A DNA stretch of 64,000 nucleotides. It comes from Octopus bimaculoides. Taxonomy: Eukaryota. The stretch lies in contig NC_068997.1 in assembly GCF_001194135.2 (NCBI RefSeq), positions 14,366,735-14,430,734 of the forward strand. The letters run 5' to 3'. The notes under the pieces are model-generated. The model saw nothing but the letters and a program-made list of their open reading frames with translations. It made no database searches and was not told the DNA's origin. The position numbers and the translations under genes were made by a program. Every line of letters begins with the position of its first letter. Positions within the stretch are counted from its first letter, which is position 1. Below, one piece after another: positions 1 to 13,244 of the stretch.

Positions 1-42
<42 letters not shown>

Positions 43-320
43 GTATATATATATATAATAGATATATGTGTATGCATGTATTTATGTGTGTTTGCATATA
101 TACATGCAGACATGTATATTGAAAGACACTAAAGAAACTTCAGAATTATATTGTGTGTCTGTGGCACGCAGTAATCTTGTGGGGGTGTTTGTGCAGGGCA
201 TGGGAATCATGTGGTGCATTTGGATAGGGTAGTCTGTCAATGTCTTGGGTTGAAGATTGCCAGATGTGGCCTGACTTCCTCTTCGTTAATAATTGCAAGA
301 AACCATGTTACAAGGATCGT

Positions 321-565
321 CGTCGTCATCGTCGTCGTCTTCGTCATCATCATCATCATCGCTGTCTCCATTTTGTGATGCGTTGGTGGTGGGAGCAGCA
401 ACGCTGATGTGATGGTGACGACTGCGTAGTTTCTTTGTCTTTATCCTCGTCTATATATCATCCTCATCGGTGGCATCAGTTATCAGCCCCCATCATCATC
501 ACAGTCATAATCACCTCTGACATTGCACTCATTACTAACATCATCACTACCACCACTACCACAAC

Positions 566-603
<38 letters not shown>

Positions 604-683
604 CCAATACCTTTATCATTATCATCACCACTACCATCATCATATCCACCATCATCATATTCATTATTATCCTCATTGTTGTT

Positions 684-773
<90 letters not shown>

Positions 774-1310
774 GTCGTCATCATCTTTACTACTGCTACC
801 ACTACTAACATCATTGCCGACAATATTGTTGCTATCACTCTTGATCAATCATTAACATTACCAGCACTATAATCATCATCATCATCATCATCATCATCAC
901 CATCATCACCATCATCAATGCTGTTTGGTGCTAACATTACCGAAAATTATGATCGTCCTCACCACCACCACCACCACCACCACCACCATTCTTACCATAA
1001 ACAACATTATCATCATCACCATCGCCATCACAATCATAACATTCAAACCATTAGGAATTATGATCAAAATAACCAACAGCTCAAACATACTTATCTTCTA
1101 CAGTACCATAGCCATCATCATAATCTTCATTCATATCATCATCACTCACAACCACCACAAACACCACCATCACCACACATAAGATAATTATCTTCTCTAT
1201 TGATCATCATCAATAGACTCATCATCATCATCATCATCATCATCATCTACATCGTAAAGTACATCAATGGCACAATTATTTCCACCATCATCCGCATTGT
1301 TACCATCATC
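321..1310. repeat. Compound (ATC)n/(ACC)n trinucleotide microsatellite field
   Basis: Long imperfect CAT/CAC runs; source of the poly-I/poly-M/poly-D/poly-S ORFs at 435-1187. Confidence 0.95.
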
Positions 1311-1339
1311 ATTATAAGAAGGATGAGGGCCTTTACGTC

Positions 1340-1620
1340 AACAACAGCATCACTGGGGGTGGGATGAGTTTAAAGCAATAATATAGCTGTTTCTATCATA
1401 GGCACAAGGATAGAAATTTGGAGAGGAGGAGGTAAGATAATCATATCAGCTGTTACAACCCTTGGGATTGTCTTGCACTTTATTTTATTAACCCTGAAAG
1501 GATACACTGCAAAGTTGAGTGAAGTGAGATTTGAACTCAGTATCTAAAGAAGCAGACTAAATACCACAAGATAGTTCTATGATGTTCTTATGGCTCAGCC
1601 AATTTGGCCACCCTTTAATT
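1340..1620 (-). mobile_element. Degenerate family A SINE copy
   Basis: Reverse complement of the A body (ATTTGAACTCAG B-box-like motif, CCCTGAAAGGAT); matches copies at 24258 and 41205. Confidence 0.65.
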
Positions 1621-1708
1621 TCCACTCTTTAATGATTCTGCTAATTTGGCCACTCTTTAATTTCCACTCTTTAATGATTCTGCTAATTTGGCCACCCTTT
1701 AATTTCCA
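1598..1708. repeat. 42-bp tandem repeat, about 2.6 copies
   Basis: GC(C/T)AATTTGGCCAC starts at 1598, 1640 and 1682. Confidence 0.9.
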
Positions 1709-1799
1709 GGAAATCTGATAAAAATGTGTCGGGAATGGTACATAAATAAAAAGTACAACACATATCAATTTGGCATTTAATTTCCTGAAAAGCAGTCTC

Positions 1800-1935
1800 C
1801 TTCAAGCATGACCATCTTGTTTCTTTTTTTAGGGCCTCTTAAGGACCACGTTATTCAATGTGTACCTCCATTTCTTAAGATGGTAGGGTGCAAACTGAAT
1901 GTGAATTGGCTGCTATTTCTAGCAAACAAGCAGTC
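1800..1935 (-). mobile_element. Family E repeat fragment
   Basis: GGCTGCTATTTCTAGCA is the reverse complement of the E motif TGCTAGAAATAGC seen at 40848; related to 53415. Confidence 0.5.
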
Positions 1936-2024
1936 ATATAGAACTAAATTATAGTAATGGTGTTCATGATGATAACAGTGGTAGTAGTAGTGATAACATT
2001 TATGGCAATAGTGTTGTTGTTGTT

Positions 2025-2102
2025 GGTGGTGGATTTAGTGGTGGTGGATTTGGTGGTGGTGGATTTGGTGGTGGTGGATTTGGTGGTGGTGGATTTGGTG
2101 GC
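2025..2102. repeat. 15-bp tandem repeat (GGTGGTGGATTTGGT) x5
   Basis: Direct reading; gives the KSTTT repeats in ORF 1944..2168. Confidence 0.9.
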
Positions 2103-2185
2103 GATGGTGAACTCTTTAATAAGAGTTGTAGTAATTGGCAGATTTAGAGCAGGAAAATAACAATACAACAGCCACCACTACTACT

Positions 2186-2227
2186 ACTACTAATAATAAT
2201 AATAATAAAAATAATAATAATTATAAT

Positions 2228-2262
<35 letters not shown>

Positions 2263-2308
2263 TGATGATGATGATGATGATAATAATAATAATGATAATA
2301 ATGATAAT

Positions 2309-2349
<41 letters not shown>

Positions 2350-2455
2350 TAATAATAATGATGATGATGATGATAATAATAATAATAATGATAATAATAA
2401 TAATGTTAATAATAATAATGATAATAATAATAATAATGATAATAATAAAATAATG

Positions 2456-2510
<55 letters not shown>

Positions 2511-2514
2511 TAAT
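2186..2514. repeat. (AAT)n/(GAT)n compound microsatellite
   Basis: Direct reading. Confidence 0.95.
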
Positions 2515-2760
2515 GCATATTGATACTAATGCTAAGTCTGTTTGGCCAGCATCATTTTATAAATCTTTTTTTAAAACTTAGGATATTTCATGCAAGAGAA
2601 AGAATCTGCTACAAAGACGACAACAACAACAACAATAACAACAACAGCAACAGCAACAGCAACAATGATAGCAACAACAGCAGTGACAATAATTCCTCTT
2701 ATAACAAAAGAAATAATAACAACAACAAATCACATCAACAACAGCAGTATTTTCCAAACT

Positions 2761-2802
<42 letters not shown>

Positions 2803-3457
2803 GAGAAATAAATAAATAAATAAATAAATAAAAAATAAAAATAGGAAATAAAATAAAACCCCCAAAAAATGTATTAAATTAGTACTCAACTGAAGACATA
2901 ATTAAAAGCAAGAAACAAAACAGAAGCCATCGATACACAAGCTGTGCTAAAAATAAGCTATAGTTTTAATGTAATCAATTGAAAGATAAAGGAATTAAGA
3001 AGACTAGACAAAGAAAGAAAGAAAGAAAGAAAGAAAGGAAGTAAGAGGGAAAGAAAACCAATGACACTATTTTGAATTCACTTGATCCAAAAACAAAAGG
3101 AAAAAAACCTACAAAAATAGACAATGACAAATGTGTACTACTATATTTACCAAGGGAATTTGGGCGGAAGGAATGATGGGCTGGTGGGAAGGCTAGGAGA
3201 GCTACTTGTCCGAGATAGTGATTTGCTATAGAAGCACAACTGCTACAAGACCTGGTAGTTAAGTCAATAAGAAAAAATAAAAGAAACGGAACTAAAACAA
3301 AAACAAAAAAAAATACAAAAAACAAAAAACAAAGCAAACAGTTATGGCTTAATAACAGATCGTTGCTGCGGATTACTACGAATAAATAAAACACATGGGA
3401 TGCGGTGTGGGGGGTGGGGAATGATTGTGTGTATATGTGCATGTGTGTGCGTGCGTG

Positions 3458-3495
<38 letters not shown>

Positions 3496-3630
3496 AGGTG
3501 GGGGTTTGGGTGGTGGAGAGAAAGACAAGAGAATGGTTTAGTATTTAGAATAACTGTGGATGGTAACATAAGAAGACTCCTACAAAGAAATAGTGAAAAG
3601 GTTGTAGGCAGCAGGAGTAGACAGGTAGAT

Positions 3631-3661
<31 letters not shown>

Positions 3662-4337
3662 TAATAGGCTTCTGCACAATTTCTTCCAACGAAATTCATT
3701 CTCAAGGCATGCATCAGCCCAGATCCATAGATGATGATGCTTAATGTGTCTCACAGACAAACTGACCCCCTAAATGACATGGTTGTGAAGCAAAAACCTT
3801 AATCACACAATAATGCATATATTTACTTCAGTCATTTGACTGTAACCGACCATGCTAGAGCAACAGCATGGCAGAGTAAAGTAAATAAAAAAAAATAGAA
3901 AGGATTTGGACCAAAAGCTTGCACCAGTGGATTCTCAACTTAAGCCATCCAAGGATCTGCTTGTGGTGTTAAACTAACCGACTGTTTAGATTTCAGATAT
4001 CCTGTTCAAGAAATGAGCAGGTCCTATAAGAAATAGATTCGACCAGTAGAATGGCCTGGGAAATAAAGAACTATTGTAGATGCCTGATAGATATCTGCCA
4101 AGTTTTCCACTAAAAAGAAAATCAAAATTCCTAGGTATTTTCAATTGGGAACAATCTTCTAAGCAATCTTGTTCTGTTTGGCAAAATATCTCCCAGAAAT
4201 CCCAGGAAAAAAAAAAACCCTAGTAAACTTCAGTAAAAAATTTCTCTTGGAAACCTTAGTAAAAATAAAAACCCTAGTAACCCCTAGTAAAATTTTCTGT
4301 AGGAAACCCTAGTAAAGACATCTCTTGGAAACCCTAG

Positions 4338-4520
4338 ATCATCATTATTATCAATGTAGTTTTAACGTCTGTTTATTTATGCTTGCATGGGTCAAACAAA
4401 GCTTGTTGAGACATATTTTCTATGGTCAGGTACTCGTCCTGTTGCCAAGCTTCACCTGTTTCCAAACATGGTAATATTTTCCCATGACCAGGCATGTTTT
4501 CATGTAAGTTTGTAAATGAA
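4338..4520 (-). mobile_element. Family C2 short retroelement (3' end shared with RTE LINE)
   Basis: ATC-rich tail, TTTAACGTCTG..ATGCTTGCATGGGT..CACCTGTTTCCAA; same as 13585 (+) and 19650 (-). Confidence 0.65.
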
Positions 4521-4649
4521 CATCATCATCATCATCACTTTGTATGACAGTGATGCTTTCTTTAACAACTATTGCACAATGTCAACACATGAAGACATTG
4601 TACACTCTCATGTACACAAGCACCCCACCACACACACACACACACACAC

Positions 4650-4812
4650 ATAATGGATTTCATTCAGTTTCCTCTACAAAATACACTTACATCACAACCC
4701 TTTGGTGGATCAGAGCTGTAGTAAATGACATTAGTCCAAGGTGTTGTGCAGTGGAACTGAACCTGGAACCACATGCTTACGAAGCATACCTTTTATCCAC
4801 ACAGCCATGGCT
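4650..4812 (-). mobile_element. Family B SINE, 5' half
   Basis: Reverse complement of the B head (CACACAGCCA, ACTGAACCTGGAACCACATG). Confidence 0.7.
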
Positions 4813-5492
4813 GTACCTAAGCCATACCTGTGCCTATATTGTTATTTATCAATACCTGTCCCATGCACTGATCCCCTGTGACCCCTTCAAATGCTAAGGA
4901 GCAAAAAGAAAACCTCTACATTACCAATCTAACTACCTTATACAAGAAATAGCAGTCACATATCCATCAAAGTATGTCTTTTGCATACAGTACGTTAGTT
5001 TTGGAAATTAGACGGGACGGCCAAGGCTGGCTCGTCCTTCATAACAGGCCTACTCAATAAAATCCCACCTAGGGCTAAACAGTCATAACAACCTCTAAAC
5101 ACACAATAATGAATAGAAAGAAGATGAAGTAGTGAAAAAGACACCAGTATGAAATATCGAATGCAAAAGTATAAGCAAGCAGCTTGATTCTTATAACCAT
5201 CTCCAAATTTAATCAACATTAATATATAAAGATATAACGACAAATCATGATATTAAATATATTTACATCATGTCATATCAAACATTTGCTTTGTTTTTTT
5301 TTTCTTTCTTTTCCCTTTTTTTTTTTGTAAATTTTTTTTTTTTACATATTTCTCCATACTGATTTCCTGTGATCTGATTACTGGAATGGTAAGTTACATC
5401 TACTACGCATTATTTTCTGAATTTTTCTTTAATTCTATTCAAAGGAATGCTGCTGTTGTTGTTGCTATTATTATTATCATTACTACTACAAT

Positions 5493-5568
<76 letters not shown>

Positions 5569-5726
5569 TCATTATCAAATTTCAATGTTTCTTTTTTTCA
5601 GGTGCTATCTTAAAACATGTAGCTCTGCTAATCAACATTTTTTTGCTGTATAATTGCATTCCTGCATATTAAATACACACATATGTCCTATCCATGTATA
5701 TATGCATATACACACATACACTATAC

Positions 5727-5771
<45 letters not shown>

Positions 5772-5828
5772 CACACACACAAACATAGAAGTGTGTGCCT
5801 TTGTGTGTGCCTTTGTGTGAATGCTAGG

Positions 5829-6030
5829 TATTGACTCAGATACCCCCTCTGCAATGATCTTTATATTGGACAAACTGGCTGTTGTTCAGCTTTGCAATTC
5901 ATGGAGCATCTCTAGGACACTCAAATTAGTAACAAGTCGTATGTCTTTTGCTTTTAAAGCTCTTCAAATCACAAGAGATACTACTTTCTATACAGCTTCG
6001 TTTTATACACTACTTCCACATACTCCAGGA
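5829..6030 (+). mobile_element. Penelope-like element GIY-YIG endonuclease fossil
   Basis: Frame with TAT at 5862 reads Y*LRYPLCNDLYIGQTGCCSALQFMEHL*DTQ...SSSNH, fitting the PLE pattern CxxC-x-YIGQTGR-x5-F-x-EH; in-frame stops. Confidence 0.75.
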
Positions 6031-6041
6031 TCTGCACTCCA

Positions 6042-6350
6042 TCACTTATGACGAAGAGGGTTGCAGTTGAATCAATCCACAGAACAGCCTACTTGTAAAA
6101 TCAAAGTGTAGGTGGCTGAGCACTCCACAGACATGTGTACCCTTAACGTAGTTCTCAGGGAGATTCAGCATGACACAGAATGCTACAAGGCTGGCTCTTT
6201 GAAATACAGGTTCTATTCATTTCTGCCAGCTGAGTTGACTGATGTGGCATGAAATAAAGTGTCTTGCTCAAGGACAGAATTTGCTACCAGGTATTGAACT
6301 CACAACCTTACGATTGTGAGTCAAATACTCTAACCACTTGGCTATACACT
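6042..6350 (-). mobile_element. tRNA-derived SINE, family D' head with D-type 3' tail
   Basis: RC head TAGCCAAGTGGTTAGAG..GAGTTCAATACC (A/B boxes); tail GAGAACTACGTTAAGGGTACAC..GTGGAGTGCTCAGCCAC shared with 18157-18540. Confidence 0.85.
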
Positions 6351-6380
6351 TATATTCTTACAATTTTTTAGTCTCAATTT

Positions 6381-6424
<44 letters not shown>

Positions 6425-7359
6425 TACACAAACAAACATGCCTCTTTGATTGCTTATAAAACAGAAAAAGCCAAGTAGCAAGAACTATTTAAAACAGAAA
6501 AAAATATCATGTAAAATGAACTGAAAATTTGAAAAATGTTCATGTGTTTGTGTGCTTATCACACACACACACAAATTCACACACATACATACATACATAC
6601 ATACATACATACATACATACATACATAGCTAAGAAATTCTGTCTTGTATTTTCCACTCTGAGGGTGGGCAAGTGGTAGAATGTGTAAGGCACAAGGCAAA
6701 ATGTATTTTCAATATTTATGTTGTATGTTCAAATCCCATAGGGTATAACTTTACCTTTCATCATTAAGGGACAGAGAATTGAATGAATAAATACCAGATA
6801 AGTACTGAGGGGTGGTGGCTGTGGTGGTGGTGGTGGTGGTGGGGTAATTTCATAAACAATGACATTTCCTAAACAATTTGCCAATTTAAAAAGCAAAACT
6901 TCTCAAAAGGACAAAAATACCAAAAATTAAAAAATGGAGAATTTGTATTTCTATTTTTTTTTGGAGGGGGGGGGTTCCATTCCTGTTTTACTCATTAGTG
7001 TCTAATAGTATGAGTGACAAAAAAATAATTAGGAAGTTGAGATGTTTCACTGCATAGATATAAGCCCCTTGGTTGAAGGGTAGGGCAGAAAGGAGCACAT
7101 GGATTGGGTTAAAGTAGAACAAGGGTAGGAAGTTGTTCCTTCTCATTGAATTTCTACTGTTCTAATCATTATTGTATTTCATACTTTAACTGCAACAACA
7201 ACAACAAAACAACAACAACAACAACAAAAACAAAAGCCCTTACATGATTAACAACAAATAAATATATATAAATAAATAATAATTATGGTAAATAAAAGAA
7301 TTTAGATTAGTTTAGCAGTTTTATCATATTTTCATATTTATTCTTATTTTTCATTGTAT

Positions 7360-7429
7360 GATATATATACATACACACGCACACACACGTATAAGTGTGT
7401 ATATATATATGCATGTACATGTCTGTGTA

Positions 7430-7475
<46 letters not shown>

Positions 7476-7740
7476 CACATATACATAATATATATACACA
7501 TATATAATATATATATACATATATATATAAATATATATATAAACATATGTATACATATACATAAATATATATACATATGCATATATATATATACATACAT
7601 ATGCATATATATATGTGTGTGTGTGTATATATACATATATATGCATATGTATATATATTTACATAAGTATTTATATATATATATATATATACATATATAC
7701 ATACACACACACACACATATATATATATATATGTATGTAT
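7360..7740. repeat. (TA)n/(CA)n compound dinucleotide microsatellite
   Basis: Direct reading; YIYI/HTHT ORFs are artefacts. Confidence 0.95.
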
Positions 7741-8004
7741 TGTTCTAATTCTTTTGGTTTTTTTCTTTTTATAAATGTTCCAGCCTTACGTTTTTTCATT
7801 ATCATATTTCAAGAATATAGTTTATATGTATATGTCTTTGGGAGTGGGTATAATACTTCATGCTTCGGTACATGTGTTCAAGATGGAGACAGAGAACGAG
7901 TGAGTTTTTTGTGGGTGTTCTTTGTCTCAGCACTTCTGTTTTTTGATATATATTTCTGTATCAGTCTCCTTCATTTAATGTCGTTATGCATTTGTGTGCC
8001 TATG

Positions 8005-8044
<40 letters not shown>

Positions 8045-9689
8045 AGTAAAAATAAATACAAAAAATGATTGTGTATAGAGGAATATATTATTTTGTTTAA
8101 AAGAGTTCCAACACTGTCTGTTTTTTATGTTTTATTTATATTCCTTGTGGTATTTCATATTTTCTATACTTTGTAGTATTTCATCATGGCCGGTNNNNNN
8201 NNNNNNNNNNNNNNNNNNNNNNNNNNNNNNNNNNNNNNNNNNNNNNNNNNNNNNNNNNNNNNNNNNNNNNNNNNNNNNNNNNNNNNNNNNNNNNNNNNNN
8301 NNNNNNNNNNNNNNNNNNNNNNNNNNNNNNNNNNNNNNNNNNNNNNNNNNNNNNNNNNNNNNNNNNNNNNNNNNNNNNNNNNNNNNNNNNNNNNNNNNNN
8401 NNNNNNNNNNNNNNNNNNNNNNNNNNNNNNNNNNNNNNNNNNNNNNNNNNNNNNNNNNNNNNNNNNNNNNNNNNNNNNNNNNNNNNNNNNNNNNNNNNNN
8501 NNNNNNNNNNNNNNNNNNNNNNNNNNNNNNNNNNNNNNNNNNNNNNNNNNNNNNNNNNNNNNNNNNNNNNNNNNNNNNNNNNNNNNNNNNNNNNNNNNNN
8601 NNNNNNNNNNNNNNNNNNNNNNNNNNNNNNNNNNNNNNNNNNNNNNNNNNNNNNNNNNNNNNNNNNNNNNNNNNNNNNNNNNNNNNNNNNNNNNNNNNNN
8701 NNNNNNNNNNNNNNNNNNNNNNNNNNNNNNNNNNNNNNNNNNNNNNNNNNNNNNNNNNNNNNNNNNNNNNNNNNNNNNNNNNNNNNNNNNNNNNNNNNNN
8801 NNNNNNNNNNNNNNNNNNNNNNNNNNNNNNNNNNNNNNNNNNNNNNNNNNNNNNNNNNNNNNNNNNNNNNNNNNNNNNNNNNNNNNNNNNNNNNNNNNNN
8901 NNNNNNNNNNNNNNNNNNNNNNNNNNNNNNTATATATATATATATATATATATATTTGTGTGTGTGTGTGTCTGTGCACAGTGCATGCATGAATATGTAT
9001 GTATTCCAAAGTTCTCCTATATCCGTGTCCATTCTTCAATGTGTGTTTATGTGTGTGTGTATGTGTTTGTATATGTATATGTCTATATTGGTGTACTATG
9101 ATTTCATAAATGTGTGTCCTAATTTTTTAAAATTTCTGTTTCAGTCTGTATTTATTACCATAATTATTATTATTGTTTTTTCTTCATCATCATCACCATT
9201 ATTATTATTATTATTATTTTGTTTTGTTTGGGGTATTTATTTTTTTTTTTTTGGGTGGGGGGTATTTTTCACCCCCACAAATTAGCATTGTTCTCCATTT
9301 CAAACAATCCCAAGTTGACACTGTGTGAAGTATGAGAAAATGACCAAAAAAAATGATTTATTTGACTTCAAATTAAATCTCGAATTTTTTTCAACAAATA
9401 TTCCCTTGACACCCTTTGAGACACACACACACACACACACAGAGGCAGACAATTGAGATTTTTTTTTAGTGTTAGCTATAATGTCATGAAGCTTTTTGCT
9501 TCATTGTTTTTTCGGTTTTTTTTTGTTTTGTTTTAATTTCAAGCAGTAGATTAAGGAAGACCCGTTTCTTGATAAATATCTTCCTCAGATCTAAACATTG
9601 ACAGAGTAGCAAGCACCATAATGAACTATGGCAGATTATTGTAATAATAATGTCTCTTGGTAATATTTTTGATAGCATTACTATTGGTT

Positions 9690-9895
9690 GATATCAAGGA
9701 TATCACTAAAAATTGTGTTATCAAAGACATCACCAACAATGGTGCTATCAAAGAGCAATACAAAAGTAGTATTATCTAAAATATCACTAATAATTAATGT
9801 TATCAAGAATATCGCCAACAGTGGTGTATCAAGGTATCACCAAGAGTAGTGTTATCAAATGTAAGCCCAAAAATAGTGTTATCAGGAATATCAAT
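9690..9895. repeat. Degenerate ~27-bp minisatellite, about 7-8 copies
   Basis: GTGTTATCAA-like motif at 9715, 9742, 9769, ~9797, ~9823, ~9848, ~9875. Confidence 0.75.
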
Positions 9896-10129
9896 ATTAT
9901 CATTGTTATAATAAATATCCCATTCTTCGTTGCATACATTATGGTGCTTACCACTTTGGAGGTACTTCACTCGGTACTTTAGTTGGTGGTGCCAGATATA
10001 TCTCTGCTGTTTATGATATCTATGATAATATTATTTTTGACCATGTGTGTGTGTGTGTGTAGTAGAACTACTAGTTCTACTACAGCCTCAACATCCTACC
10101 TGCCTCACAACCAGCAGTTTTGCCATTGT

Positions 10130-10700
10130 TATTATTATTACTACTATTACTACTGTGACAGTAACCACCAATATCACCTCAACCCCTACTACAACCACTA
10201 CACCTACAAATATCACCACAATCATCATCACCATCATCATAGTTTGCATTGTCGTTGTCATCATCATCGTCATCATCACCATCATCATCATTATCATTAT
10301 CATCATCCTCATCATTATAACCAACCATCATCGTTCGTTATCATCGTTGTCGCCATCACCACCATACTGTCACGTATGTCTCCACCATGACCACCACCAG
10401 TGACACCATTCTTTCCCCTTTTATCACAATCACTGCCACCACCATCACAACCACCACCATTTAACACCACTGCTACTGAAAACAATAGTAGCAGCTAGCA
10501 ATTCCATCGCTATAACAATCATCATCATCGTCATCATCATCATCATCGTCATCATCATCATCGTCATCATCTTCATCGTCATCATCACCATTGTCATCAT
10601 CGTCATCATCATTATCATCATCATCATCATCATTGTCATCATCATTGTCATCATCATCATCATCATCATCATCATCGTCGTCATCATCATCATCATCGTC
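10130..10700. repeat. (ATC)n/(ACC)n/(GTC)n microsatellite field
   Basis: Direct reading. Confidence 0.9.
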
Positions 10701-11782
10701 AGCAACATACCATAAATAACAGCTAACAGGCGCATGCTTTAATATATTCATTATGGTAAGCCTCCAGACTGGATGACCAAGATTTTCGTCCACCACCCTG
10801 ATAGGAATGTTATTTAATTCTGACAATGATACCCTAGACTAGTAAATGATTGCCATCATATTGACCCTTTCTTCTNNNNNNNNNNNNNNNNNNNNNNNNN
10901 NNNNNNNNNNNNNNNNNNNNNNNNNNNNNNNNNNNNNNNNNNNNNNNNNNNNNNNNNNNNNNNNNNNNNNNNNNNNNNNNNNNNNNNNNNNNNNNNNNNN
11001 NNNNNNNNNNNNNNNNNNNNNNNNNNNNNNNNNNNNNNNNNNNNNNNNNNNNNNNNNNNNNNNNNNNNNNNNNNNNNNNNNNNNNNNNNNNNNNNNNNNN
11101 NNNNNNNNNNNNNNNNNNNNNNNNNNNNNNNNNNNNNNNNNNNNNNNNNNNNNNNNNNNNNNNNNNNNNNNNNNNNNNNNNNNNNNNNNNNNNNNGGCAG
11201 CAGCTCAGAGGTGAAGGCGATGGTGTCAATGGTGGTAGTAGTAGTGGTGGTGGTGGTGGTGGTGGTGGTGGCGACAATGGTGGTAGTAGTGGTGGTGGTG
11301 GTGGTTGTGGTGGTATTAGTAGTGGTAGTGTCTTTTTGGTGGTGGTGGTGATTGGTAAAGGTGTCGGCAGTGGTGGTGGTTTTCATGGCAAAAGCAACAG
11401 CTCAGAGGTGATGCTGATGGTGACGATGATGGTGGTGGTGGTGGTGGCACTGATGGTTTTGATGGTGGTGAGTCGTCCTATCACTTTTATAAGTTCTCTT
11501 ATTGCATTAAAGGTTATCAAGCACCACCAGATATTACAAGGTGTAAAAGACTAAGGTGTGTAGGGTAAGTAAATGGGTCTGCGTGTGTGTGTGTGTGTGT
11601 TTGTGTACATGCATATGTGAGCAGGTGTGTCGATGAATGTCTGGTATGCACATTGAATATTTGTAAGGTAGGTGTGTATGTGCTTTCTACTGATACAAAT
11701 ATAACTATATAATATCTATCTACCTGTCTATCTATCTATCTATCTATCTATCTAACTGCCCGTCTATCTATCTATCTATCTA

Positions 11783-11831
<49 letters not shown>

Positions 11832-11886
11832 ATGTGTCTGTGTGTATGTATATATATAGGTGTGTGTATATATGTGTATATGTGTA

Positions 11887-11919
<33 letters not shown>

Positions 11920-13244
11920 TTATTCATACATATATGTATATTCATTCACACACACATGTGCACATATATGCATATGTATAATTTCCATATATGGTAAACT
12001 GGGCCCCTTGCCCAGTCTCCGCCAGAATATATCCTCACCCCCAATCATCTCTCTAAAATTCTGCTATTATTATATGTCACCAGATCTGCATATTTTGCCA
12101 GCGTTTCCCCTGATACTACTTATCTTTCTCGCTACCTGAAGCCATTTCACTTAATATCTAACTTTCCTTTCCCCCCTTTTTTTTCCTTCATATTAATCAC
12201 TCTCTGAAGCCACTAAATTATCTCTCTTTCTCTACCCCCCCCCCCGCGTACATCTCTCACTCTTCCCATTCATTATGTTTGTTTCTACTCCACAATCTTT
12301 TTAACTCACACCACCACCTAGCATTTGACTGTTAATCTGTCATTTTTGTTTTTCGATCTTCTTTCATCTCTCTCCTGTCTACTGTATCACTATTGTTATT
12401 CTGCTGTTCTTCACCTCTCTTTTCTGTACTGTCAATTATCTACTTTCCCTTACCACCCACAGAATAGGATTAATGTATCATTAGTCACTCCCACCCCTTA
12501 CTATAAACTACATACGCTCCTACTTCTCCACGTTTACTTTCTCCTCCCCCCAACTTCATTACTAATCCTTCTTTAACACTTATTCATTATATTCACCCCT
12601 TTCAGTCATTCACCATTTCTAACCATCTCCTACTTTCTAATACACTCTTGCAATCTATATCCACTCTCACACCCTGTTTTGTTTCATATATATGTATATA
12701 TACATGCATATATGGGTACATGACGTCAAAAAAAGTGAACAAAATGAGAAACGAGAACACAAAAAGCAAAAACATGGAAAACAAATGTTTTTTTTTTTCG
12801 AACTACGAAAGAAACAAATAGAGAAACGAGACAGCCAACATAAAGAACATTCCCTTCATCAGTTGTCCCTTGTTTTATCTACTCCTTGCTTCGAACATAA
12901 AGACAAGACGCGACATCGTTAAAACAGTCTTTGCCGCAAAGCAAATTGTAAAAAATTGGGGATTTGTGGAAGGTTAAATTGGTGACAAAAACAGGACAGT
13001 GAGAACAAAACAGTAAAAACAAACGATAAGGGCTGTTAAGCCATAACGAGACACACAGACATAATTTCATATTATACTCTGCAATCGCCTGATGCTTTAG
13101 TCTGAAACATTTCTCCGTTGAGTTTACACATGTGGTTATTCGTATAAGTATGCCTAAGCAAAATGTGTGTGTCTGTGTATATGTGTGTGTGTGAATGCAC
13201 GTGTTTGAGAGTGTGTGTGTGTGTGAGTGTATGTGTGCATGTTT

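Noticed and set aside
2763-2830. ~37-nt poly(A) plus (AAAT)n as a processed-pseudogene tail
   Set aside because: Upstream sequence is (AAC)n microsatellite; no TSD or coding remnant
4991-5063. Plus-strand candidate terminal exon TLVLEIRRDGQGWLVLHNRPTQ* after TTTTGCATACAG
   Set aside because: Short, no partner exon on the plus strand and no convincing homology
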